Source of the DNA: an uncultured Gammaproteobacteria bacterium
GTDB taxonomy: Bacteria; Patescibacteriota; Microgenomatia; Levybacterales; UBA12049
Direction: 5' to 3'
Assembly (NCBI GenBank): GCA_964635045.1
Contig: CAZWMJ010000004.1
Location: 2,205-66,204, forward strand
DNA length: 64,000 nt
This document shows, piece by piece, positions 9,095 to 18,108 of this stretch. Position numbers and translations under genes: made by a program. How positions within the stretch are numbered: position 1 is the stretch's first letter; every line of letters starts with the position of its first letter. The notes under the pieces were generated by a model. It saw only the letters and a program-made list of their open reading frames with translations. It was not told the DNA's origin and did no database searches.

Positions 9095-11176
9095 CTATTT
9101 AGACTTGCCGAAAACAAGTCCCGTAAAGAATTCTCCCGGTTTCTTTCCCTGGGCCAAAACCGTATGCAGTTCCATGGCAAAACCTACTCTTTGCAGTTGT
9201 CCTTCACTAATATAGTTTTGTAAATAGAAAATTTTTTCAAATTCAGAAACGCTCATGCTTTTTATACGATCCGCTGCTTGCTGGTTACCAGCTCTTGTTA
9301 GTCCTTCCGCATAAATACTTTTTAATTGTGTTTGGTCTGGTAGAAGAACGTCTGTATCAAATTTATCTTTTGTAATACCTGTTTTCCCTCTATAAACGGC
9401 TTTTAGCATGCTTTCTGCCAAAATGCTTTTCATTTGATCGCTGCTAATTTCCTTTGGCCACATTCGACTATCAAGATATACTTCTCTAAAATACTGGGCC
9501 TCCGGCGAGACTAAAAAATCAGCTTCGTTTGGATATTTTGAGAATGCATCCAACACCTGCGCGTTTAATCGTTCTCTCATCGCCTGATCGATTCTCTGAG
9601 CGTTTATCTGTCCACCTGTCTTTCCATGCCCCGTAGCTGGGTTTTTCTCTCGATCTTGATATGCCAAACCAATACCGTCTCCTATTATAACTCCGCTGCT
9701 TCCCGGCACTGCTTTTCCCTGAAAAATTTCTGGATGTGTTTTGGCATGGATTGTTATAAAATCCAGAACCTGATCAACGTTGTCGTCTGAAAGATAGATA
9801 ACAATTTTGTCAAGGCGCCAAAGATCGTAGGGAGATTGTGTATCTGTAATTTTAAAATACAGCGGATTTGTTTTACCCCAATCAATCAGGGCTTGCACCA
9901 TGGCAGGATAATGTTCGTAATTAGGATTAAGATATATTCGATAGGTAGTATTCTCATGTTTTTTTTGATACTCGGGCGATTTATAATGAAGCCAGGGTAA
10001 ATCAGGTTCTACACTAAATCCATCTTTAGGCGCTGCCTGTTCAATATTCGCAAGACCCGTGCGGATGTTAGCTATGTGGGCGTTTGCTTCTTGAATATTC
10101 TCTGCCCGTTCAAATTCTTTTGGTCCAAACATCTGCTGTTCTACGATGCGTTGATAAAGACTTACTGAAAAGAAGTTTTTGGAAAGGGCAAGCACCAAAT
10201 CTTGCGGGGAAGTAGTCCCCTGTTGCTTAAAATGTTCGGCCGCTCTGTCAATTTGATCTTTTAAAATCCTGACTGGCGGGTCGGCGTCTGGAGTAAAACC
10301 TTTCTCCAAAATTTCTTTTGCTTTTAATCTCCTTTTCTCTATTACTGGTTTCGTTTCCCCCTCTGGGGGTTGAGTGGGAGTTGGGATGGGCTTGATGGTT
10401 GTTTGCGCTTGCCCGTCTGGCAACAGGAAGGTCAATAATTCTTTTTCTTTCTCTGTTAAGTTGTTAACACGAAGCGTCTCTTGTCCGTTACTGCTTGTGA
10501 CTTGATTTGCCCCCTCAATCAGAACTTGCGGTTGAGTTTTAAGTTTTGCTTCCGCCTCAGTCAGTTGGGCAATGACTTGGGAGGATTTATCACCAAAAAT
10601 ACCGGCCAGCCATTGCCAGGCAGGGAGGTCTTCATGAAGTCTTTGGTAGTCTATAGTAAATTCTGCTGTTTGGTAAGATTGCAATATGGTGGCGATGAAG
10701 CGCTGTACTCCCGTCTCTTGGGCTTGGGAGGCAAAGAAGACGCTATACAATTGTTCCGCCTGTGTTTGGGTAAACTCATGGGTATTGATATTGATGCGGG
10801 CAAACGCCTGTTTCCACAACTTACCTTTATCTGATGTTTCAAAAAATCGCTGGGCATTCTGAAATGTGGCGGTAGTTTGTTCCACCCACGCTTTTTTTTG
10901 CTCGTCAAATCCCTGTATTTCCTGTCTCTGCCACCACTCTTTCCGTTCATTGATAGAAGCATGATTGAGAAGCGAGTAAGCTCCATTGGGCTTAGTGATT
11001 CTTTCGGCAAGAGGGTGAAACATCTTCTCATCGATTTGGGAAAGCTGTACCTCATGATTTAAGGCATCCCCGTTAATCAACAGTCTTACTTGTAAACCAA
11101 CCAATCCTTCCTTAAAGGCAAGATGTTCATGGGAAACCGGAGGTTCTGTGGTTATGGCTGAGGGTGTTTCACTCAT
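9095..11176 (-). CDS. modular effector-like protein, family member A (shared N-module, unique C-module)
   Basis: 693 aa. Residues 1 to about 230 are roughly 80 percent identical by eye to the N-terminus of the 41134..42696 product and more distantly similar to 42712..44757. A Pro/Thr linker (PIPTPTQPPEGETKP) follows, then an unrelated C-terminal half containing YRIYLNPN...LDKIVIYLSDD. No signal peptide is present. Confidence 0.75.
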   Translation of the reverse strand: MSETPSAITTEPPVSHEHLAFKEGLVGLQVRLLINGDALNHEVQLSQIDEKMFHPLAERITKPNGAYSLLNHASINERKEWWQRQEIQGFDEQKKAWVEQTTATFQNAQRFFETSDKGKLWKQAFARININTHEFTQTQAEQLYSVFFASQAQETGVQRFIATILQSYQTAEFTIDYQRLHEDLPAWQWLAGIFGDKSSQVIAQLTEAEAKLKTQPQVLIEGANQVTSSNGQETLRVNNLTEKEKELLTFLLPDGQAQTTIKPIPTPTQPPEGETKPVIEKRRLKAKEILEKGFTPDADPPVRILKDQIDRAAEHFKQQGTTSPQDLVLALSKNFFSVSLYQRIVEQQMFGPKEFERAENIQEANAHIANIRTGLANIEQAAPKDGFSVEPDLPWLHYKSPEYQKKHENTTYRIYLNPNYEHYPAMVQALIDWGKTNPLYFKITDTQSPYDLWRLDKIVIYLSDDNVDQVLDFITIHAKTHPEIFQGKAVPGSSGVIIGDGIGLAYQDREKNPATGHGKTGGQINAQRIDQAMRERLNAQVLDAFSKYPNEADFLVSPEAQYFREVYLDSRMWPKEISSDQMKSILAESMLKAVYRGKTGITKDKFDTDVLLPDQTQLKSIYAEGLTRAGNQQAADRIKSMSVSEFEKIFYLQNYISEGQLQRVGFAMELHTVLAQGKKPGEFFTGLVFGKSK

Positions 11177-11219
11177 GCTGGTTTGAGTATATCATAATTA
11201 TTGTAACTCAATTTGCCAC

Positions 11220-11249
11220 TTGACAAAAAGTTATCCACATCATTAAACT
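11220..11249 (+). promoter_or_regulatory. putative sigma70-type dnaA promoter (TTGACA, 18 nt spacer, TAAACT)
   Basis: TTGACA lies at 11220-11225 and TAAACT at 11244-11249, 16 nt before the dnaA ATG. A consensus DnaA box sits inside the spacer. Confidence 0.45.
11231..11239 (+). promoter_or_regulatory. perfect consensus DnaA box TTATCCACA
   Basis: Exact 9-mer read directly in the sequence. It is embedded in the putative dnaA promoter spacer, the classical autoregulation layout. Confidence 0.7.
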
Positions 11250-11265
11250 TGAGGAACGAAAATCT

Positions 11266-12618
11266 ATGGATGCTAATCTTGCCAACATCTGGAAAACCGT
11301 TTTGGGAGAAATAGAGATCGAAGTCTCCCGCGCTAATTTTTTGACACTATTCAAAACAACCACCCTTTTATCTCTGGAGGAAAATGCCGCCACCATCGCC
11401 GCCCCCTCCATCATTCTCATTGACCTTCTTAAAAAACGATTTTTGGGAATTATAAAAAAAGCTCTTGACAAGCAAACCGGTAAAGATATCGAAATTATTT
11501 TTGTGCCAAAATCCATCCCGCCCGCTCAACGGGGAGAAAAACAGGAAAAAAACGGACCGTTGTTTGATCTGAGCGATAAGCAAAAGCCCACCGTTGGCCA
11601 TCTCCCCAGGGTCAGGGCGGATTTTACCTTTCAAACAATGGCCGTTTCATCAAGCAACCAACTGGCCTATGTGTCCGCCCAAACCGTGGCCAAAAATGTT
11701 GGCGGCGCGTACAATCCTCTTTTTATTTACGGACCGGTGGGGGTTGGCAAAACACACCTGATGCAGGCCATCGCCAATGAGGTTTATCAAAAAAACCCGG
11801 CTCGCAAAATCGTCTACATCACCAGCGAGGAGTTTACCAACGAAGTGGTTGAAGCCATCCGTTCAAATCAAACCGCCTCCATGAAAAAGAGATTTCGCAC
11901 AGCCAGCCTTTTGATTTTGGACGACGTCCAGTTTATAGCCGGCAAAGACAAAGTGCAGGAAGAGCTTTTCCACACTTTTAATATCTTGATTGATAACGGC
12001 TCACAGATTGTTTTATCCTCCGATCGGCCGCCCGAAGAAATAAAAAAACTGGAAAAGCGGCTGACTTCCCGCTTTTCCGGAGGGTTAACGGTAGACATAG
12101 AAATACCCGATTTTGAATTAAGAACGGCCATCCTTCTTATCAAGGCCAAGAAATACAACGTTAATCTTCCCATAGATATAGCAAAAACCATCGCCTTAAA
12201 AGTCCAGGATGTGAGGGCGCTGGAAGGAACATTGCTTAGGATAATTACAGAAATAGACAGACAGGAAGGCATTATGACAAGTGAAATGGCGGAGCAGATC
12301 CTTAATAATAAACAAAGCGCGGTTTCCGATCGCCTGCATCCAGACGACATAATAAAAAATGTCTGTTCTTTTTACGATGTAAAACCAACCTTGATAAAAG
12401 GGCCCAAGAGAGACGCTTATTTAGTGAAAGCAAGACAAACCGCCATGTATTTTTTAAAAAAGGAGTTGGGGATGACATATGTGGAAATTGGCAATTTACT
12501 GGGGGGAAGAGATCATACCACCATTATGTATGGTGTAGAAAAAGTGGAAAAGTTTTTATCTATAAATAAAGTCTTGGCTGACGATATATCAAGATTAAGT
12601 CTTGTCATTAATAAGTAA
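11266..12618 (+). CDS. dnaA: chromosomal replication initiator DnaA
   Basis: 450 aa. Walker A is GPVGVGKTHLMQAIAN and Walker B is LILDDVQFIAGK. The C-terminal DNA-binding helix region is DHTTIMYGVEKV. Confidence 0.97.
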   Translation: MDANLANIWKTVLGEIEIEVSRANFLTLFKTTTLLSLEENAATIAAPSIILIDLLKKRFLGIIKKALDKQTGKDIEIIFVPKSIPPAQRGEKQEKNGPLFDLSDKQKPTVGHLPRVRADFTFQTMAVSSSNQLAYVSAQTVAKNVGGAYNPLFIYGPVGVGKTHLMQAIANEVYQKNPARKIVYITSEEFTNEVVEAIRSNQTASMKKRFRTASLLILDDVQFIAGKDKVQEELFHTFNILIDNGSQIVLSSDRPPEEIKKLEKRLTSRFSGGLTVDIEIPDFELRTAILLIKAKKYNVNLPIDIAKTIALKVQDVRALEGTLLRIITEIDRQEGIMTSEMAEQILNNKQSAVSDRLHPDDIIKNVCSFYDVKPTLIKGPKRDAYLVKARQTAMYFLKKELGMTYVEIGNLLGGRDHTTIMYGVEKVEKFLSINKVLADDISRLSLVINK

Positions 12619-12656
12619 AATTTGTTTCAACATTTTATTCCCAATGTTTTCAACTT

Positions 12657-12719
12657 GTTTTCCACATTTTTTAACTCATTAATTACTTGCTGCTGCTTGC
12701 CCTATTGCTTTTTTCCACT
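12657..12719 (+). promoter_or_regulatory. DnaA-box-like motifs in the AT-rich dnaA-dnaN spacer (candidate oriC segment)
   Basis: TTTTCCACA at 12657-12665 has one mismatch to consensus and TTTTCCACT at 12711-12719 has two. The 139-nt intergenic region is AT-rich. Confidence 0.3.
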
Positions 12720-12757
12720 TTTCCCATTACACTACTACAACAACTAATGTAATATAT

Positions 12758-13897
12758 ATGAAATTAGATCTTCTTTCAGAAAATCTGCAAAAAAAATTAT
12801 CTTTTGTTAACCACGCCGTCTCTCCAAGAAGCCAGCTACCGGTATTATTAAATATTTTACTCGTTGCTAAAAACGGAAAGTTGATAATCAGCGCCACCGA
12901 TTTAGAAATAGGAATACAAACAGAAATACCGGCCAAAGTGGACGAAGAAGGAGCGGTGACCGTTCCGGCTAAAATATTCACCGAGCTTATCTCCACCATT
13001 TCAACCGGTAAAATAACGCTTCGGACAAAAGAAAAAACACTAGAGGTACTTAGTCAAAAAACGCAAAGTTCTTTTCAAACAATCGCCGCAGAAGAATTCC
13101 CCAAACTATATGAAGACAAAGGAGAAAACATACTTGTTTTGGACAAACAAATAATACAAAAAGATTTCTCTTTGGTGGTTTTGTCAGCTAGTCTTGATGA
13201 CGGCAGGCCGGCCCTTTCCGGCGTTCTTATCAAAACAGGAGAAGCAGGAAGCGATGAATTGTTATTTGTGGCAACGGACGGGTTTAGATTGTCTCTTAAA
13301 AAAAAGAGCGTTCATCTTAAAAAGGCCGAAAACAAAGAAATATTTGATAAACTGATAATCGTTCCGGCCAGAGTTATTAAAGAGATTGCCCTGATGAAAC
13401 AGGCGGAAGGCGAGGTAGGGGTGGCGATATCGAAAAAAAATAATCAAATCTTATTTTTTCAGGAAGATACGGTTTTGGTGGGAAGATTGATAGACGCGGA
13501 TTTCCCTCAATTTGAAAAAATTATTCCGGCCGATTTTAACACTCAAGTTTTTTTTGACCGGGAAGAGATGCAGAAGGCGGTAAAATTATGCGCTATTTTC
13601 GCGCTGGGTTCAGGCAATGTTATAAAACTTTCTTTTCAGAAAGAAAAAATCAAAGTATGGGCTAAATCTCCCTCTGTGGGGGAAAACGAAGTATGGATTG
13701 ATGCTAGGCTAACAGGGGAGGAAAACGAGATTGCTTTCAACGCCCGCTATCTTTTGGATATTTTGGCAAACGTGGAAGAAGGGGAGATGGTTTTTGAAAT
13801 GACAGGGCCGTTAAACCCCGGAGTTTTTAAGATAAAAGACGACCCCGCATTTCTACATCTAATCATGCCCATCCGCATCCAGGCGGAGACCACATAA
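12758..13897 (+). CDS. dnaN: DNA polymerase III beta sliding clamp
   Basis: 379 aa directly downstream of dnaA. The length fits three clamp domains, with typical blocks LIISATDLEIGI, FVATDGFRLS and FNARYLLDIL. Confidence 0.93.
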   Translation: MKLDLLSENLQKKLSFVNHAVSPRSQLPVLLNILLVAKNGKLIISATDLEIGIQTEIPAKVDEEGAVTVPAKIFTELISTISTGKITLRTKEKTLEVLSQKTQSSFQTIAAEEFPKLYEDKGENILVLDKQIIQKDFSLVVLSASLDDGRPALSGVLIKTGEAGSDELLFVATDGFRLSLKKKSVHLKKAENKEIFDKLIIVPARVIKEIALMKQAEGEVGVAISKKNNQILFFQEDTVLVGRLIDADFPQFEKIIPADFNTQVFFDREEMQKAVKLCAIFALGSGNVIKLSFQKEKIKVWAKSPSVGENEVWIDARLTGEENEIAFNARYLLDILANVEEGEMVFEMTGPLNPGVFKIKDDPAFLHLIMPIRIQAETT

Positions 13898-13912
13898 GTT
13901 AAGATATAGTTT

Positions 13913-14398
13913 TTATTGTTTGTTTTCACAAAAACTCAAACGGTATATTGTTCCAGCATAATCCGGATTGGCAAAATAAGGCGTGGTTATATCAACACCT
14001 AACCGGCAGGCATCTGGTTGGCTAACCCCCAAAAACTTAAGAAAGTCCCCTTCGGCCTCACTTCTGACCTCAGAAAACGGAGAAGAGAGAATGGAAATTA
14101 AGAATTTATTCTCCGGGGAAAAATAAACAAACTGATAGAGTCCTTGATCCTTGATAAGGATATCACCCCTGTTGGTGGTTTCTTTTGCTGACAGGAAAAA
14201 ATTGTTGACTAAAACACCGGAAATATTAATTTTCCCCCCAGCTGGAAGAGTTAAGGAGGGAGTCGGGATTGGGGTGAGGAGGGGAGGAACGGGCGCTGGT
14301 TTATTTTTTGACTGCGATAAAAAAAATATAGTAATAATGCTTATTATAAAGACAAACAAAAGAACCAAAAACATTTTTTTTCTCATATCGTGTTTCAC
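13913..14398 (-). CDS. membrane-anchored exported protein, last gene of the T4SS-like operon
   Basis: 161 aa with an N-terminal TM anchor, a Pro-rich linker (PAPVPPLLTPIPTP) and a small globular domain. Its start overlaps the stop of the upstream gene by 4 nt. Confidence 0.6.
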   Translation of the reverse strand: MKHDMRKKMFLVLLFVFIISIITIFFLSQSKNKPAPVPPLLTPIPTPSLTLPAGGKINISGVLVNNFFLSAKETTNRGDILIKDQGLYQFVYFSPENKFLISILSSPFSEVRSEAEGDFLKFLGVSQPDACRLGVDITTPYFANPDYAGTIYRLSFCENKQ

Positions 14399-16209
14399 CT
14401 AATAATACCACACACGCGCGCGGCTGACCAAGCAGACCAATTGTTACCGCTACCTGAAATTGCTACAGCCTTGTTAATATTGTTATCGGAATCTTTAAGG
14501 CCTATTTCGCATGTGTTTAGCTTAGCTTGATCACTAATTTCACACCATGGAGGCTTAAGACCATAATCCTTGAATGCCCCGGGGCAACGAGTTGAGGGCA
14601 AAAGATTTATTTGAAAAAGACCAACGCTATAGTCTGCGGTCGCCCCCTTCCTCTTGGTGTCTTCTTCTTTATCGTTGGGATCTCCTCTTAGGCATCTATT
14701 ATTGAGAGCAAAGGGATTACTCCCGCTTTCTCTTTGACAAATCATCGAGGCATTCTTGACTGCTGTTTCATCCGGGAAATATTTCCTTAAATTATCAACA
14801 GAGCAAGGTCCTGATCCCACAGGACAAGTCCCTATCTGTGGATTAGGAGGTGTTGTGGTTGGAGAAGAACCGCCGCCTCCGGGAGTGAGAGGGGAGGAGC
14901 TAGGGAGGATATCCCTTGGGGCAAAGCCGACAATGGCAAAAGTACCGGTAAGGATAAATATAATAATAAGAATTGGGGTGGAGGCAGCTAAAAACGTCAA
15001 TAGAGTTCTGATAAATTGCATCAATAGTTTATTACGCAACTGATTAAGAGGATTACCGGGGGTTTTGGGCAGCGGCGGTTTCTTTTTCTTTGGCAGGAAA
15101 CGATTGGCCAGATCCATGCCCCGCGACCGCCCGCCATGCCCTCCTCCTTGTGGCGGTGAAGGTTCTTGCGGTTGTTCGCCGCCGCCATCATCACCGCCAA
15201 GTCCTGAAGGAATTGATTGGCCGGAGGGCATGACCAAGCCGCCGGATGGGGCGGTTGGCTGTTGGCTTAGGGCTTGCTGTAAACGTCGGTCAATCTCTTC
15301 TCGTGAGATTCCTGAATAAGCGGGGCGCGTTCTTTCCGCCACCCTGATTTGCCTTCCTCCGGTACTAGCCATTTGTTCGGTCTCTTTGATATCTTGAGCG
15401 GCTTTTATTTGGTCGTTAGACATGGCGTATTGTTTGGCCTTGTCTTCGTATTGATAAGCAAACTTTAGATATGATCTTCTTTCAACGGCCCGGCGGACAT
15501 CCTCTAGTCTGGTTGCGGGGTTAATTTTTTGTAAGTGGGCAAATCTTGCTTGTGTGTGTTCGTCAATTTCCAAGCGCAGTCTTTTAACTTGCGGGTCATC
15601 GTCGGGATTTTTGTAAATTTTCGCTTTCTCTTTATCATAACGTTTAACTCTGCCGGCAAATTTTTTATTATTCCTAAATTCTTCTTCCGTCTCTTGATCT
15701 ATCGGCGGTTTATCGCTGTTATCTAAAGAGCCATAGAGGTAATCCAAGCCTTCTTTGGAAGTGAAATCTTTGCCCGGATTTTTTTCCAGCCATTCTTGTT
15801 TTTTTCTCTCCAAAATAGCCCGATAATCTTCATCGTCCTGCATGATTTTTGGCCGGTTGAGGAACATGGCGGCTAAAAAAGGAAGCATGGCTAGATCGGA
15901 AATAGCGGAAGGCGCGCCATGTGAAGGAAGCCCCAGTTGCTTATCGAGTTCTTGTCTTTCTTCTCTTTGCTCCCGAACGTAAGAATAGGCCTCTATGACT
16001 TCTTTGCCCACCCAAATGCTGGTATCAACATGAAGTTCGGGATGTTTCTGCGCCCAAGCGAAAAATCTTTCTCTGGTGGTAAAAAACATTCTATCCTGAG
16101 GATGCATTTCTGCAAATTGATGCCAGGAAGCGGCCAGTTTATCCGCTTCTTTGGGTCTTTTTCTGATGAGGTCTTCCAGCTCTTGGAAATTTCTGATATC
16201 TGGTTCCAT
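14395..16209 (-). CDS. bitopic protein with C-terminal lysozyme-like (VirB1-type lytic transglycosylase-like) domain
   Basis: 604 aa. The layout is a charged helical N-region of about 380 aa, one TM helix (LLTFLAASTPILIIIFILTGTFAIVGF), a Gly/Pro/Thr linker, then a Cys-rich domain. That domain has QRESGSNPFALNN (candidate catalytic Glu-Ser) and ADYSVGLFQIN, which resembles the lysozyme/SLT motif DYGxxQIN. Confidence 0.6.
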   Translation of the reverse strand: MEPDIRNFQELEDLIRKRPKEADKLAASWHQFAEMHPQDRMFFTTRERFFAWAQKHPELHVDTSIWVGKEVIEAYSYVREQREERQELDKQLGLPSHGAPSAISDLAMLPFLAAMFLNRPKIMQDDEDYRAILERKKQEWLEKNPGKDFTSKEGLDYLYGSLDNSDKPPIDQETEEEFRNNKKFAGRVKRYDKEKAKIYKNPDDDPQVKRLRLEIDEHTQARFAHLQKINPATRLEDVRRAVERRSYLKFAYQYEDKAKQYAMSNDQIKAAQDIKETEQMASTGGRQIRVAERTRPAYSGISREEIDRRLQQALSQQPTAPSGGLVMPSGQSIPSGLGGDDGGGEQPQEPSPPQGGGHGGRSRGMDLANRFLPKKKKPPLPKTPGNPLNQLRNKLLMQFIRTLLTFLAASTPILIIIFILTGTFAIVGFAPRDILPSSSPLTPGGGGSSPTTTPPNPQIGTCPVGSGPCSVDNLRKYFPDETAVKNASMICQRESGSNPFALNNRCLRGDPNDKEEDTKRKGATADYSVGLFQINLLPSTRCPGAFKDYGLKPPWCEISDQAKLNTCEIGLKDSDNNINKAVAISGSGNNWSAWSAARVCGIIR

Positions 16210-16224
16210 AAATTAATGATAACA

Positions 16225-18108
16225 CTAAATGACGACCGGTTTTGCCGATTGAGGTGGTTGAGCTGTAATCGGGGGAGTTTTTAAGGGAGCCGTAGGTGTG
16301 GGCGTGGGGGGAGGAGGGGGTTGGACTGCTTGTTTTTGCATTTCCGCAGGATTGGTGGTGATCATCTCGTGTTCAAAAGGAGCGGCCACCACCCGAATGG
16401 CCACGTGATTTTGTCCGGCGAAAAACAGTCCTTCTCCAATGTTTGCCGAAAGAAGAAGCTCTTTTTCCCCCTCTGTCAGATAAAATGTTTTGGCTACCAG
16501 ATCAACTTCGGAAGTGCCCTGTTTTAACAATAATTGCAGCGAGGAGTTGGACAAAACCGCCTTGCCGTAATCCGTGGAGAGAAAATCTTCCACGTCTTGG
16601 GTGGCGGTGGTTAGCCCCAGATAATACTTGCGCGCCCGCTTGGCGATGCCATAGACAAAAGAGGCGGAATCTTCATATTTCATCATGTACCAAGCCTCGT
16701 CCAGCACCAACAGCCGTTTTTTGAGGGTTTTTCTAATTCTTGTCCAAACAAAATCCAAGATGATATGCATGGCAATAGGACGAAGTTCTTCCTCTAAGGC
16801 CTTAATGGAAAAGACGGTTAGAGGATTTTTGATGCTAAAGTTTGACTGCTGATTAAAAATGCCGGACAGACTGCCTTTGATAAATTTTTCCAAACGCAAA
16901 GCCAGATCTTTGGCGCTGTTATCTTCCATACCCAGCAGCGTTTTGTAAAGATCTTCCATCAGGGGCGGTTCTTTGCTTTGTGTTGCCGGATCCAGAGTGA
17001 TGCCTTTTTGCTGATAAGTTGAAACTAACGCCCTGTCTAAAATTGCATCCTGCCCCGCATCCAGCTCTCCCAAAACAATTCGCAGCAGGCCGTGAAGGGA
17101 GAGAATTTTAATACCAAGCTCATTTTCTCCCTCTTCATAAAGAGCTGACAGATCAAACGGATTTATTTTTATCGGGGCAGAAGGAGTAAAAGCCACATGT
17201 TCTCCTCCCAGCGTTGTGCAAAGAGCCTCATATTCTCCTTCCGGATCCACCACGATAACCTCAGTCCCAAACATTAGTTGTCTGGTAACTTCCAGTTTGA
17301 TAAGATACGATTTTCCGGCACCGGATTTTCCCAAAACCACCTCATTGGCATTTTCCAGTGAGAACCGGTCAAAGATAATCAGGGAATTGTTTTGGGCGTT
17401 GATGCCGTATAATACTCCCTTGTCTTGAGTGAGGGTGGCCGAGGTAAAGGGAAAGGTTGATGCCAAGGACGTGGTATCCATGTTTCTGGTAATAAAAAGT
17501 TTATCCTGCCCCATTGGCAGACTTGACTTAAAGCCTTCTTCTGTTTGAAGAGTGGCTGTTTTGGCCACCAGCAGAAGAGAAGAAAGTGTAATAGTTAATC
17601 TTTTTGACGCTTCTTCCAGCTCCTGTTGTGTTTTGGCAATGATGGTGACATACAAACTAAATTGAAAAAAACGCTCCACTCCTTTGGCCAGTTCGTCTTG
17701 AAGACCCATGGCATCTTCCAGGGCCGCTCTTACTTTTGGATCAATCACCTGATTTTCTTCAACCTGAGAGGATAGGGTGGCTTCCATCTCGGCGATTTTC
17801 CGTCTCAGGTCGGATAAAACATCGGCCGAGGTGGCAGGATAGATAAACATGGAAACATACAGTTCGTGATCAAAATCAATAACGGGAGATAGCCAGTTGG
17901 GAGACACAAATCGGGGATAACCGACCACAAAAAATGTTTTGTAAAATTTCTCTCCTACCCGAATAGAGCGAAAGTCAACCTCGATAGAGGATGGAGCGAT
18001 CACGTCGGTAAGCCCCACCATGCCTTTTTCTATGGGGACTGAGGCCGCGTTTGACGGGGTGGCCTTTTTCTCGGGTTGGTTTTTGTTTTTTTTAGAGCCA
18101 AAAATCAT
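16225..18108 (-). CDS. virB4: type IV secretion ATPase, VirB4/TrbE/PrgJ family
   Basis: 627 aa. Walker A is VLGKSGAGKSYLIK and Walker B is LLVLDEAWYMM. The N-terminal domain is typical of Gram-positive VirB4 homologs, and the tail is Pro-rich. Confidence 0.88.
   Translation of the reverse strand: MIFGSKKNKNQPEKKATPSNAASVPIEKGMVGLTDVIAPSSIEVDFRSIRVGEKFYKTFFVVGYPRFVSPNWLSPVIDFDHELYVSMFIYPATSADVLSDLRRKIAEMEATLSSQVEENQVIDPKVRAALEDAMGLQDELAKGVERFFQFSLYVTIIAKTQQELEEASKRLTITLSSLLLVAKTATLQTEEGFKSSLPMGQDKLFITRNMDTTSLASTFPFTSATLTQDKGVLYGINAQNNSLIIFDRFSLENANEVVLGKSGAGKSYLIKLEVTRQLMFGTEVIVVDPEGEYEALCTTLGGEHVAFTPSAPIKINPFDLSALYEEGENELGIKILSLHGLLRIVLGELDAGQDAILDRALVSTYQQKGITLDPATQSKEPPLMEDLYKTLLGMEDNSAKDLALRLEKFIKGSLSGIFNQQSNFSIKNPLTVFSIKALEEELRPIAMHIILDFVWTRIRKTLKKRLLVLDEAWYMMKYEDSASFVYGIAKRARKYYLGLTTATQDVEDFLSTDYGKAVLSNSSLQLLLKQGTSEVDLVAKTFYLTEGEKELLLSANIGEGLFFAGQNHVAIRVVAAPFEHEMITTNPAEMQKQAVQPPPPPTPTPTAPLKTPPITAQPPQSAKPVVI

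Noticed and set aside
11208-12350. Minus-strand ORFs 11208..11516, 11368..11634 and 11868..12350.
   Set aside because: They are antisense to the clearly genuine dnaA gene and their peptides have no recognisable features.
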